From Promethearchaeota archaeon (GTDB lineage Archaea; Asgardarchaeota; Lokiarchaeia; Sigyniarchaeales; SOKP01): DNA of 64,000 bases. The notes under the pieces were generated by a model, which saw only the letters and a program-made list of their open reading frames with translations, made no database searches and was not told the DNA's origin. Where the stretch lies: the NCBI GenBank assembly GCA_016839555.1, contig JAEOUA010000003.1, forward strand, positions 451,610 through 515,609, read 5' to 3'. Position numbers and translations under genes: made by a program. This document shows, piece by piece, positions 20,272 to 29,864 of the stretch. The stretch's first letter is position 1. The number at the start of each line of letters is the position of its first letter.

Positions 20272-21093
20272 ATGTTGAAAATTTTTATATATGATCAAAT
20301 AAAAGATACTTGGATTGAAGAAACTCAAATCCTCTTATTCCACGATTTAGCTGCGATATTTGACGAGGATTCTAAACAAATATTTGTATGGCAAGGTAAT
20401 AACATAAAAAAATCGAAAATAAAGAACGGTTTGGAGTGTTTAGAGGATTTACTTTCAAAAACAAGTAATTACAATTGGAAAATCATTACAAAAGAAAATA
20501 ATTTTCCCGATATAATTCATCAAACAATAGATTCAATGCTTAAAGCCACTAAAGAGCGAAAGCAAGAAGAAAAACTAAAATATAATCATTTCCTTACTAT
20601 TAGGCTTTCTTTTATACTTTTAATTGGAATTTTAGTATTTATCGTTCTATCTTGTATTAATTTAATAATTCCTTTATTTAGTTCAGTTATTAATAAAGCG
20701 TATCAAATTTCAGCTTCTAAGTACAATTTATGGTTGAATCTTTATCAAATTTTTACGATATTTACATTAATTTTTTTAGCATGCAATTTTATTATTAGCA
20801 TCTATGAGCAAGAAATCGAAATGTTTATTTTTTCTCTAATTGGGATTATTATTGATATTGGAATATTACTTTACTTAAGGCAAGGAATTTTTTTATTTAT
20901 CCATCAACCAGGCTCTACTTATTCCCTTTATTTGATTTCAATTGATGATCTTACAACTTTTATATTATTAAACTTGTCTTCAATTTTAATTATTTTGTGT
21001 TCTACTTTCTATAAACTTTATAAATTTGCTTTAACATATTGGAAATATATCTTAATTTCAAGTAGAAATGATATAAATCTTGGAAGCCGCTAG
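20272..21093 (+). CDS. Gelsolin-like N-terminal domain fused to four transmembrane helices
   Basis: DLAAIFDEDSKQIFVWQG resembles the gelsolin D.hhhD....hhhW.G signature; four hydrophobic segments from about aa 108. Confidence 0.6.
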   Translation: MLKIFIYDQIKDTWIEETQILLFHDLAAIFDEDSKQIFVWQGNNIKKSKIKNGLECLEDLLSKTSNYNWKIITKENNFPDIIHQTIDSMLKATKERKQEEKLKYNHFLTIRLSFILLIGILVFIVLSCINLIIPLFSSVINKAYQISASKYNLWLNLYQIFTIFTLIFLACNFIISIYEQEIEMFIFSLIGIIIDIGILLYLRQGIFLFIHQPGSTYSLYLISIDDLTTFILLNLSSILIILCSTFYKLYKFALTYWKYILISSRNDINLGSR

Positions 21094-21958
21094 ACTCTTA
21101 AAAAACCTTGAAAAAGAAGATCTCAGAATTTTAATGGCAATTGAAATTGGGATGAAAAGATCTGATTATGTAGCGATAGAAAACGTGCGTTTTTATTCAC
21201 GATATCCAATGGAAGAGACTTTATATCGGCTTAAAAAAGTGCATAAATACGGATTAACGATTAGAAATTCTGCCGAATATCAAATTTCTTATAAATTAAA
21301 TTCTATTGGATATGATGTATTAGCACTCCACGCTCTAGTAGAGAAAAACGTAATTAGTCAATTAGGGCCAGCAATCGGGAAAGGAAAAGAATCTGACGTT
21401 TATAGTTGTATGGATAATGAGGAGAATATCTATGCGTTAAAGATTTATCGGATGGGACGCACTTCCTTTAAAAATATTAAAAAATATAGAAGTCTTATTG
21501 GAAATCGAAGTCATTTATCTTGGCTTTATGTTAATCGCCTTGCCGCAAAAAAAGAATATAAAGCCTTAAAAAAGATATATCAACTTGATTTAAACATTCC
21601 AAAACCAATTGGATATAACAGACATATAATTGTTATGGAATATCTACGAGGAAAAGAATTGGCATATTATAAAGATATTAATATTCCTCAATATATTTTT
21701 AATGAGATTATTGATCAAATGAAATTGGTCTATCAAAAAGTGGGATTAATACATGGTGATTTAGGAGAATGGAATGTGATATGTGATGAATCTGGGAATA
21801 TTTTAATTATAGATTGGTTGCAATCTGTTTCTGCAGATCATCCTAATGCTAAGATGCTTTTAAAAAGAGATATTCGAAATATCTGTTCTTATTTTCGAAA
21901 AAAATATAGAATTGAGTGTAATACTAAAAAAATTTTGAAAGAATTTTTAGAAGAATAG
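21080..21958 (+). CDS. rio2: RIO2-type serine/threonine kinase
   Basis: N-terminal wHTH (LRILMAIEIGMK, GYDVLAL), IGKGKESDVY, GRTSF, IHGDL, IIDW. Confidence 0.93.
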   Translation: MEAARLLKNLEKEDLRILMAIEIGMKRSDYVAIENVRFYSRYPMEETLYRLKKVHKYGLTIRNSAEYQISYKLNSIGYDVLALHALVEKNVISQLGPAIGKGKESDVYSCMDNEENIYALKIYRMGRTSFKNIKKYRSLIGNRSHLSWLYVNRLAAKKEYKALKKIYQLDLNIPKPIGYNRHIIVMEYLRGKELAYYKDINIPQYIFNEIIDQMKLVYQKVGLIHGDLGEWNVICDESGNILIIDWLQSVSADHPNAKMLLKRDIRNICSYFRKKYRIECNTKKILKEFLEE

Positions 21959-21966
21959 AATATTTA

Positions 21967-22581
21967 TTATTTTATTAGATGTGCCTTAATAATAAGATCC
22001 TCAAGTGTTTTTTCTTTATCTTCAATAAGCTCTACTCCTTGAAAGTACTTTTTCATATTCTTTAGAAAATTAATCTTATCTAACTTTTTTTTAAGTATAG
22101 ATATGATAAAGGAGGCATGATTTCTTGCAACTCTTATGGTTTCATTTAAACCTTTTGTGAGATCTGGTAAATTTTGATAAGAAGTAACAGATATTGCTAT
22201 ATTAAAAATATTAGATCTGAAGGGAAGATTTTCCAAATCAGCCATAATTAGATGAATATTCTGAAATATTTTAGAATTTTGATTTAGTAGCTTTTCTTTA
22301 AATTTTTCAATCATTTTTAAGGAAATATCTATTCCCACAAAAGAAAAAAAAGAGTAAGAAATTGTTTCCTTTTTGTTTTTTAATACATACTCAAAAAATA
22401 ACCCAGTACCACATCCCGCGTCTAAAATAATTTTATTAGCTAATATCAAATCTTTTAATATTAAAGCAAATTTCTCATATTGTATTTTTTTATATCTTTT
22501 ATCATAAATATGGGACGAAGAATCATAGCTCTCCATAATCCTCTTTTTTTTAATAGGTGGAGAATTCTTCTTATTATTCAT
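21967..22581 (-). CDS. Class I SAM-dependent methyltransferase
   Basis: ILDAGCGTG, VGIDIS, ADLENLPF. Confidence 0.88.
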   Translation of the reverse strand: MNNKKNSPPIKKKRIMESYDSSSHIYDKRYKKIQYEKFALILKDLILANKIILDAGCGTGLFFEYVLKNKKETISYSFFSFVGIDISLKMIEKFKEKLLNQNSKIFQNIHLIMADLENLPFRSNIFNIAISVTSYQNLPDLTKGLNETIRVARNHASFIISILKKKLDKINFLKNMKKYFQGVELIEDKEKTLEDLIIKAHLIK

Positions 22582-22699
22582 AATTTTAACCCATAAGTTT
22601 TAATTTCAGTAATTTTTACTTTTTGTAAATAGATTAAATTAAAATTTTACATTAAATTATTTCTATTTACTAATTAAATATTGAAGGTTAATTTAATAT

Positions 22700-22948
22700 A
22701 TGTCGAATATAAAATCTAAGAATCCCTTGACGATTCTTCAAGATGCGCAAAATTCTGAAATTCTCTTACGATTAAAGGATGGGACTGAATATAGGGGTTT
22801 ACTAAAAGAAATTGATGCTTATATGAATATGATTCTTGAGGAAGCTACAGAAATTCTTGATGGAAGCCCTGTTGCTAAATATAGCGAAATCTTTATTAGA
22901 GGTAATAATCTCTTATTCATTAAGCCTGATGCATCAGAAATTTTATAA
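22700..22948 (+). CDS. Sm-like archaeal protein (Lsm/SmAP)
   Basis: Sm1 LKDG.EY.G.L...D.YMNMILEEA.E and Sm2 IFIRGNN. Confidence 0.95.
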   Translation: MSNIKSKNPLTILQDAQNSEILLRLKDGTEYRGLLKEIDAYMNMILEEATEILDGSPVAKYSEIFIRGNNLLFIKPDASEIL

Positions 22949-23054
22949 TTTAATTCAATCAGAATTATTGTTATTTCGTCTTTGTTGTTCCACTATTTAG
23001 AGATATTCAAATAATTCTTAAATCCACAGATAATTTTATTTAGATTTCTTATTT

Positions 23055-23483
23055 ATGGCACAAAATAAATACAGCATAGTAGGATATGGAACTTTTATCA
23101 CGCGCGGATACTGGAAAAATAAATCTAATGTAAAAATATGTAAAGTTACTGGTTTTAGAAGAATATTACCGAAAGGGAATTGGTTTCCTTTCGTCCTCCC
23201 AGATGAAAATTCCTCTTTTTGGGCATTGAAATTTGATGTGAATGAGGAAGAATTAAACCAATTAGATTATTATGAGGGGGTAGCTGCGGGTTTATATAAA
23301 AGAATTAAAATTGATATTCAATTGAAAAATGGAATTAAAAAAGAAGCCTTTATTTATGTTCCTACTCAAAAAACGATTCAGCAACAAAATCTTTTATTGG
23401 AGATGGATAAAATAGATAAATGGAAAGAAGAAATAAGGAAAGATTCAAATTTACTTCGAAAATTTCCTGAACTTTTATATTAA
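23055..23483 (+). CDS. Gamma-glutamylcyclotransferase (AIG2-like) family protein
   Basis: GYGT, LDYYEGV..GLY.R, AFIY motifs. Confidence 0.85.
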   Translation: MAQNKYSIVGYGTFITRGYWKNKSNVKICKVTGFRRILPKGNWFPFVLPDENSSFWALKFDVNEEELNQLDYYEGVAAGLYKRIKIDIQLKNGIKKEAFIYVPTQKTIQQQNLLLEMDKIDKWKEEIRKDSNLLRKFPELLY

Positions 23484-23510
23484 AAAGAACTGTTTTTACC
23501 TTGGAATTTT

Positions 23511-24407
23511 TCACCCAATAAGTTCTCCAGAAACAGTTTTATTTTTAATAACTGCATATGAAGCGGGATTTGGATAATAATCCCCTCTATAATTTTCTGA
23601 AGAGAAGATAGATAAAAGCTTATGATCAAAAAACCATCGATATCCTTCGGGAAAGACCTCATGGGCGCGTATACAATATTTTAAATTATACTTTTCCATA
23701 AATTCATTAAACACTTCGTACCCGTAATATTTGATACCTGGGCCTCTAAAATTATCCATAAACCCGGTTAATCCTTCCTTTGGGTCATTCCACATTATTT
23801 GAAATATTGCATATTCCACGGATTCTGGAATCGTCTCATCTAATTGTTTTTTATCCAAAGTCTTAAATTCGTTTAAAATTTCAAAATTTTCTGGGATACC
23901 CCCATGAAGGCATAAGATGGAATCATTAACAACTATACAAATCGGAAGCTTATTATAAAGAGAAATTATTTCATCAAATTGGCTATATTGATTAAATTCC
24001 ATCATATAAACATCATAAAAGCCATAATATTTATTCATCTCTAATGTTTCGTGATTCCCTTTTAAGATAAAATACTTATTAGGATATAGAATTTTAAGCG
24101 ATAATACAATAATGAGGCATTCTAACTGAAATTGACCTCGGTCCACAATATCTCCTAAAAATATTACATACTTAGGATCTTTCTTTTTGATTAAATCATA
24201 TATTTTTATTAATGATTCCAAATTTCCATGAATGTCGCCGATAACAAAGATTTCTTCGTCCTTATCTGCATTTAACTCTATCAAAAGTTTTTCCTCTTCG
24301 AAGATCTCTTGAGCTTGTGTAATTATATCAGATACCTCACTGAAATCTAAATTCGAAATTTTCTTAGGTTTATTTATTAAAGATTTTAAAATGGAATCAT
24401 TAATCAT
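23511..24407 (-). CDS. Serine/threonine protein phosphatase, PPP family
   Basis: GDIHG, GDIVDRG, KGNHE, HGG, WNDP, RGPG, RAHE, FSSENY. Confidence 0.93.
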   Translation of the reverse strand: MINDSILKSLINKPKKISNLDFSEVSDIITQAQEIFEEEKLLIELNADKDEEIFVIGDIHGNLESLIKIYDLIKKKDPKYVIFLGDIVDRGQFQLECLIIVLSLKILYPNKYFILKGNHETLEMNKYYGFYDVYMMEFNQYSQFDEIISLYNKLPICIVVNDSILCLHGGIPENFEILNEFKTLDKKQLDETIPESVEYAIFQIMWNDPKEGLTGFMDNFRGPGIKYYGYEVFNEFMEKYNLKYCIRAHEVFPEGYRWFFDHKLLSIFSSENYRGDYYPNPASYAVIKNKTVSGELIG

Positions 24408-24545
24408 ATTCTATTCTTTTTAATTTTTATATACACATATTAATTTATTTAATAGTGATTTATTTTTCTTATCTATTTCAGATTAGAAATAAAGCATTAT
24501 ATTAAAGTAAATTTACAATAAGAATTATAATTTTAGGAGATCAAA

Positions 24546-26615
24546 ATTAAACCAAAGAAAATTATAACTCAATTAAAATCTTACATTGAACATTTCGAAT
24601 ATAATAAGGTCAAAAATTCTTATAAAGGACAAGAATTTGGAATAACTTACACTCCAGACAAGATAGTTAATTATATGGTGAGAGATACATTCTCATTTTA
24701 TTTCAGCAGCTTACTACAATCGAAAGAATTAGGGGAAATAATTTTTAATATTGATAAAATCGATACATTATTCTTAAAACATCCATATTTAGAACCATTT
24801 CTGAAAAAACATTTAGAAAATATATATATATTAGATCCGTGCTGTGGTTCGGGGAGGTTTTTGGTTGGTATTGCTGAATTTCTATTTGATTTATATAAAA
24901 AATTAAATATTAACTCTAATAATTATGAAATAAAAAAGAGGATCATTGAAAAAAATATTTATGGAATAGAGAGAGAAAAACAAGCATGTATAGTCTCAAA
25001 ATTAAAGTTATATCTCTGGCTTATATCTGGAAAGGAAAATTCTATTTTTTTAAATAAAGAATCATCAAATTTACAAGGATCTTTCAATCCAGATCTATTT
25101 TTAGAAAAAATAAAAGTGAAATTTAATATTATTAACAAAGAATTTCTTTTAGAATATACACCAGAGAAAAATTTTGATATTATCATTGGTAATCCCCCCT
25201 ATATTGAAAATAAGAAAATTAAAGACAGAGAATATAAAGAAAAGCTTTATAGTACATATGAGACTGCGTTTAAGCTATTTGATCTTTCGATTTTATTCGT
25301 AGAAAAATCTCTTGCTATTTTAAGAAGAAATTATGGTTTTTTGTCTTTCATAATCACTAATAAATTTTTATCTGCTGATTTTGGGTTAAAAATAAGAACT
25401 ATGCTAATTCGTGATTCTAAAATAATGAAAATCCTCAATATTTCTTCTCTACCAATTTTTAAAAATAGATCCTCATATCCTATCATAATATTTATAATAA
25501 ATAAAAAGCCACCTGAATCACATCAAATTGAAATTAGAAAATATGACAGTATAAAGAATATATTGAACCAGATTAATGGTTATAAGGAATATATTCCTCA
25601 GGATACATTGTTATCACTTCCTAAGCATGTTATTCCAATTAGAAAAGATATAACACTTCTTCAAAAGATTTTTAAATATTATAAGACCATGAAAGTAGCA
25701 TTTAAAGATTTAAAAATCATTTATCGTCCATATTCTTTCACTAATTATACAAAATATTATGATTCCATAGTAACAGAAGCTGATAACGAAGAAAACCTTG
25801 GTTTATTAATTGGGACTGGAAATGTAGGGAAATTTCATATAAAATTTAATAAACGGATTAAAATTGCTAAAAGAAACTTAAATATATCCTATTTTAATTT
25901 TCCATCCGATTCCGAGAAAAAAAGACAGATTAATGCAGAAAAGTTAATTTTTAGAGAAATTGCAAAAGAATTAACATGTGTGTATGACCCAGGCATCTTT
26001 ACCAATATAACTGGTCTTTATTTCATACGAATTCCCTCTCTTTCCTCAGAAGAATTATTCAGCCTAATGACTATTTTGAACTCTAATTTTATGGATATTA
26101 TTTTTAAAAATTTATATGAAACACTTCATATGAGCGGAGGATATTTACGATTTAATGGAAGCTTTGTAGAGACATTGCCCATGCCCCAGAAATTGCCTAG
26201 AACTCTATCTCAATTAGGAAAAATTTTGCAGTTTCTTACTCAATTTTATTATGATTATAATCATAATGAAGCGTTTGATAATATTAAATCGAAATGTTAT
26301 TTTAAAGAAATTAAAAATTCTTTAATTTTTTTAAGATCCCTTTCCGAAGGGTTAACAAAATTACTATATTTATCTGGAATTAATAATCAATATCAAAGTG
26401 ATTTTCATGAATTATATCAATTGTTTAACTCTAAAGATCTATATAATTTTAAAGAGTATAAGTATACTTTTCCTTATTTTAATTTTTCTAAATTTAGACT
26501 GTTTTCTGAAAATGAAATTATTTCAAATTTAAAAAATATAGACTTGATTATGAATAAGTTTAAAAAAGATAAAGTCTTGCTACAACAAATAGATGAAATT
26601 TTGATAAAGATATAA
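24546..26615 (+). CDS. Orphan amino-DNA methyltransferase (Eco57I/TaqI-like, probably N6-adenine) with target recognition domain
   Basis: GITYTP upstream of the first ATG, ILDPCCGSGRF, FDIIIGNPPY, TaqI-C-like C-terminus; start placed at ATT 24546 (ORF track starts at 24675). Confidence 0.85.
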   Translation: MKPKKIITQLKSYIEHFEYNKVKNSYKGQEFGITYTPDKIVNYMVRDTFSFYFSSLLQSKELGEIIFNIDKIDTLFLKHPYLEPFLKKHLENIYILDPCCGSGRFLVGIAEFLFDLYKKLNINSNNYEIKKRIIEKNIYGIEREKQACIVSKLKLYLWLISGKENSIFLNKESSNLQGSFNPDLFLEKIKVKFNIINKEFLLEYTPEKNFDIIIGNPPYIENKKIKDREYKEKLYSTYETAFKLFDLSILFVEKSLAILRRNYGFLSFIITNKFLSADFGLKIRTMLIRDSKIMKILNISSLPIFKNRSSYPIIIFIINKKPPESHQIEIRKYDSIKNILNQINGYKEYIPQDTLLSLPKHVIPIRKDITLLQKIFKYYKTMKVAFKDLKIIYRPYSFTNYTKYYDSIVTEADNEENLGLLIGTGNVGKFHIKFNKRIKIAKRNLNISYFNFPSDSEKKRQINAEKLIFREIAKELTCVYDPGIFTNITGLYFIRIPSLSSEELFSLMTILNSNFMDIIFKNLYETLHMSGGYLRFNGSFVETLPMPQKLPRTLSQLGKILQFLTQFYYDYNHNEAFDNIKSKCYFKEIKNSLIFLRSLSEGLTKLLYLSGINNQYQSDFHELYQLFNSKDLYNFKEYKYTFPYFNFSKFRLFSENEIISNLKNIDLIMNKFKKDKVLLQQIDEILIKI

Positions 26616-26766
26616 TTTTTGATAAATATTAGACCTCTAGCATTCCAATTGATTATAATTAACTTTAAGAGAAATTATATTTTTTTGAATTAATTATATT
26701 AATTATATATTCTTTATTATACTATATTATAAAATAAATATATAAATTAGAGCTTTTATATTTAAA

Positions 26767-27726
26767 ATGACCCTCAAAAAAAAGTATAAAAGAAGTATAA
26801 TAAAATTAGGAAATTCTAAAGCAATTACATTCCCGCAAGAATGGACTAAGGGGGCAGATTTACAAGAAAAGTCGGAAATAACCCTTTACCCGCTGGATAA
26901 TAACACATTAATAATTCGGTCTCTGGAAAAAGGAAAGGAAAAAAGAGTATATCGTATGGATGGAATGAAAATTCCTATAAAATTAATCCGCCAAGCGATC
27001 ATATCGGCTTTTAAATTAAATGTAGATGATATTTATTTAAAGTATAATTCCCAGAAAAAGGAAGAATTATACGAGCTGCTTATAGAATTAAGAAGGGAAA
27101 TAATTGGTATAGATTTTAAGGATTTACCGGAAACAAATGAATTTTATATTAATTTCCTCTTAGATGCTTCAAAAACGAATTTTTATGAAGTTATCGAAGA
27201 CTTAGTGACTGTTTTTAATGCAATTATGAAAAACATTCTTGATGGCAATCATAATAAAACAAGCGATTTGTTAATAGAAGAAATAGATAGAAAATATTCT
27301 TTAGGTACAAGAATTCTTATTACAGGCCTTGCTGAATATCCAATCTCTCAATATGAATTACCCATAATTAGGTTTTTGGGGGATAGGGTTATTCTTCTCT
27401 ATATTCGAGACTTTATTAATGAGACTCTTATTAATTTTGAAAATGTAGAAACAACTATTATTAGCAAATATTCTAATCTTCTAATAAAGATACCAAAGTT
27501 ATTAGAAAACTTGATTAAAAATTATAATAAAATCAATATTGAAACTTTATCTCAATTTCAAGAATATTTATTCACGCTGGAAGAGGAATTAAATAAAATA
27601 GAGGATGTCTCAGATCAAAAGACTTGCAATGTTAGGAATGTTATAAAATATTATCTTAGAGGTTTCCAAGTATTTTTAGATATAGCTACGACCAGAATGA
27701 TTGAGAATGAAGTTGGATTAGTTTAA
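26767..27726 (+). CDS. AbrB/PhoU-type regulator (phosphate uptake regulator-like)
   Basis: N-terminal AbrB motif RSIIKLGNSKAITFPQEW followed by helical PhoU-like region (EEIDRKY). Confidence 0.78.
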   Translation: MTLKKKYKRSIIKLGNSKAITFPQEWTKGADLQEKSEITLYPLDNNTLIIRSLEKGKEKRVYRMDGMKIPIKLIRQAIISAFKLNVDDIYLKYNSQKKEELYELLIELRREIIGIDFKDLPETNEFYINFLLDASKTNFYEVIEDLVTVFNAIMKNILDGNHNKTSDLLIEEIDRKYSLGTRILITGLAEYPISQYELPIIRFLGDRVILLYIRDFINETLINFENVETTIISKYSNLLIKIPKLLENLIKNYNKINIETLSQFQEYLFTLEEELNKIEDVSDQKTCNVRNVIKYYLRGFQVFLDIATTRMIENEVGLV

Positions 27727-27841
27727 TAGTTCCTGCTTTAATCTATTAATCAAGATTTTCTTGTAAGTTAAAAATTCATAATATGTATTCCAAGTATTTG
27801 TTAATTGATATTTTTTTAAATTATTACATATATAATTATTT

Positions 27842-29128
27842 ATGGAAAGGGAAGAGCCTTTATTATTCAAATTTTATCCAAAATTACAGAATAAAGTACC
27901 TTGGATCCGCCTCCTAACCACAGTACCTACTCCTGTTCAAAAACTTGATGAATTAGAACGGAAATTTAATATTTCTTCTTCCGGAGGAATATATATTAAG
28001 CGAGATGATTTAGATCATCAAATTTATGGAGGAAATAAGCTTAGAAAGTTTGAATTCATCTTTGGAAAAATATTGGCTAAAAAACGGAAAGGAGTAATGA
28101 CATTTGGGGGCATTGGTACGAATCATGGATTAGCTTGTGCTATAGTAACACAAGAATTAGGATTAAAATGTGATTTATTTCTTGCTTATCAACCTTTAAC
28201 TTGGCATGTGCAGAGATCTTTACTTTTATATGATTATTTTAATGCAAATCTTCATTATGCTAAATCATATACAGCAATATTGCTAAAAGGATTAGGTTTT
28301 CGGTTAATTCATCCTAATTATTATGTGATGCTTCCCGGAGGCTCTACATTGCTTGGGCTTGGATCATCAAATGGTACATTAGGATTTATTAATGCAATGT
28401 TTGAATTAAAAGAACAGATCGATAAAAACCTATTTCCAGAACCAGATATTATTTTTGTAGCTTGTGGATCTGCAGGAACTGCCGCAGGGCTCATAGCGGG
28501 ATGCAAATTATTAAATCTAAAAACTAAAGTTCATGCAGTTCAAGTAAGTTCAGAACCATTTGCGAGTGAATCTTCAGTTATTACAAATACCAAGAAAGCT
28601 TTAAAATATTTGCACAAGAATGATAAATCTGTGCCTTTAATTAATATAACTAAAGATGATTTTACTTTTGTAGAGGGTTATTTGGGATCTGATTATGGAG
28701 TAAAAACTAAGCGAGGACAAAATGCCATAGATTTAGTTATGGAATTAGAAGGAAAGAAAAAAGGTTTTAAATTAGAAACAACGTATACCGGAAAAGCTAT
28801 GGCTGCTTTACTTGACTATATTGATGAAAAAGAAAATAAAGGAAAAAATGTTTTATTCTGGAATACGTATAATTCCGCTGATTTAGAGAGTTATATGAAA
28901 GAAATCAATTTTGATTATAAAAAATTACCAAAGGAATTTCATAAATTTTATGAAGAAACGCAATTTCAATGCTGGCACTATAAAGATTGTCCACAAAATA
29001 GAGAATGTGATGCATATCTAAGTCATGAGTATCGTTGCTGGAAAGGTAAAAATTGCCCAGAAGATGTTCGTAAAATATGTGAAGCTTATGAAAAATTGAG
29101 TAAAATAATAGAATTAGAAGATGCTTAA
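27842..29128 (+). CDS. D-cysteine desulfhydrase/ACC deaminase family PLP enzyme with C-terminal Cys-rich repeats
   Basis: PTP, IKRDD, YGGNKLRK (PLP lysine), GSAGTAAG, ETTYTGKA. Confidence 0.9.
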   Translation: MEREEPLLFKFYPKLQNKVPWIRLLTTVPTPVQKLDELERKFNISSSGGIYIKRDDLDHQIYGGNKLRKFEFIFGKILAKKRKGVMTFGGIGTNHGLACAIVTQELGLKCDLFLAYQPLTWHVQRSLLLYDYFNANLHYAKSYTAILLKGLGFRLIHPNYYVMLPGGSTLLGLGSSNGTLGFINAMFELKEQIDKNLFPEPDIIFVACGSAGTAAGLIAGCKLLNLKTKVHAVQVSSEPFASESSVITNTKKALKYLHKNDKSVPLINITKDDFTFVEGYLGSDYGVKTKRGQNAIDLVMELEGKKKGFKLETTYTGKAMAALLDYIDEKENKGKNVLFWNTYNSADLESYMKEINFDYKKLPKEFHKFYEETQFQCWHYKDCPQNRECDAYLSHEYRCWKGKNCPEDVRKICEAYEKLSKIIELEDA

Positions 29129-29266
29129 TTTAGTTATTTTTTTAATTTTTTCTTTTAGGTTTATAAGGTATTAGAATATATTTTTTATATAGGAAAAATC
29201 TAAATTTCACAAATCATTATAATTTTATAATAATTTGAAATTTTTGTTAAAAAGGAGAAGAGGGAA

Positions 29267-29575
29267 ATGACAAAAAAGAAAAAAGAAGAAATTGAGGAGG
29301 TTCCAGAGGGTAAAATTGATGAGGATGGGGATGAAATAATCGATCTCTATGATGAAGAGGATGATCTTGAGGAAGAGAGCGAAGAAAATATATATGAAAT
29401 CGAAGATGAAATGTTAGCTGATACAACTGAAGAGGAAGAATTGGGTCCAACGCGAGACGAACAATTGCAAATGCTCCGTGATATTTATTGTGATCCATGC
29501 AAGGGAAGCTCAACAAAACGGAATTGTAAAGTTCGAGACGATTTTGGGTGTCCTCCTGATAAAGCAAAGAAATAA
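29267..29575 (+). CDS. Highly acidic small protein with C-terminal four-Cys motif
   Basis: D/E-rich aa 7-58, then CDPC...C...C; purine-rich SD-like GGAGAAGAGGG upstream. Confidence 0.75.
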   Translation: MTKKKKEEIEEVPEGKIDEDGDEIIDLYDEEDDLEEESEENIYEIEDEMLADTTEEEELGPTRDEQLQMLRDIYCDPCKGSSTKRNCKVRDDFGCPPDKAKK

Positions 29576-29864
29576 TAATGTTTTTATCTTTACTTTTTAA
29601 AAATTTCTAAGAATCAATGCAAGAATTTAATTTAAAGAATATTTTATAATCTTTTGTCTTAAAATCTCTGTTAAATACGTTTAAAATTTCATTGATTCAT
29701 AAATTTTTATTCAAACCTATTTTTTTATATTAATTATATTCAAAATTTAGTTATCTATGATATATAAGTGAGCAATTTTTAAAGAGAATTTTATAAGTTG
29801 TTTTAATTTAACTATGATGAATTAATTCTATTAATAAAAACAGAAATGAAATTAAAATCGATAG

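Noticed and set aside
24546-26615. Complete type IIG restriction-modification or defence island
   Set aside because: No N-terminal PD-(D/E)xK nuclease region and flanking genes are housekeeping
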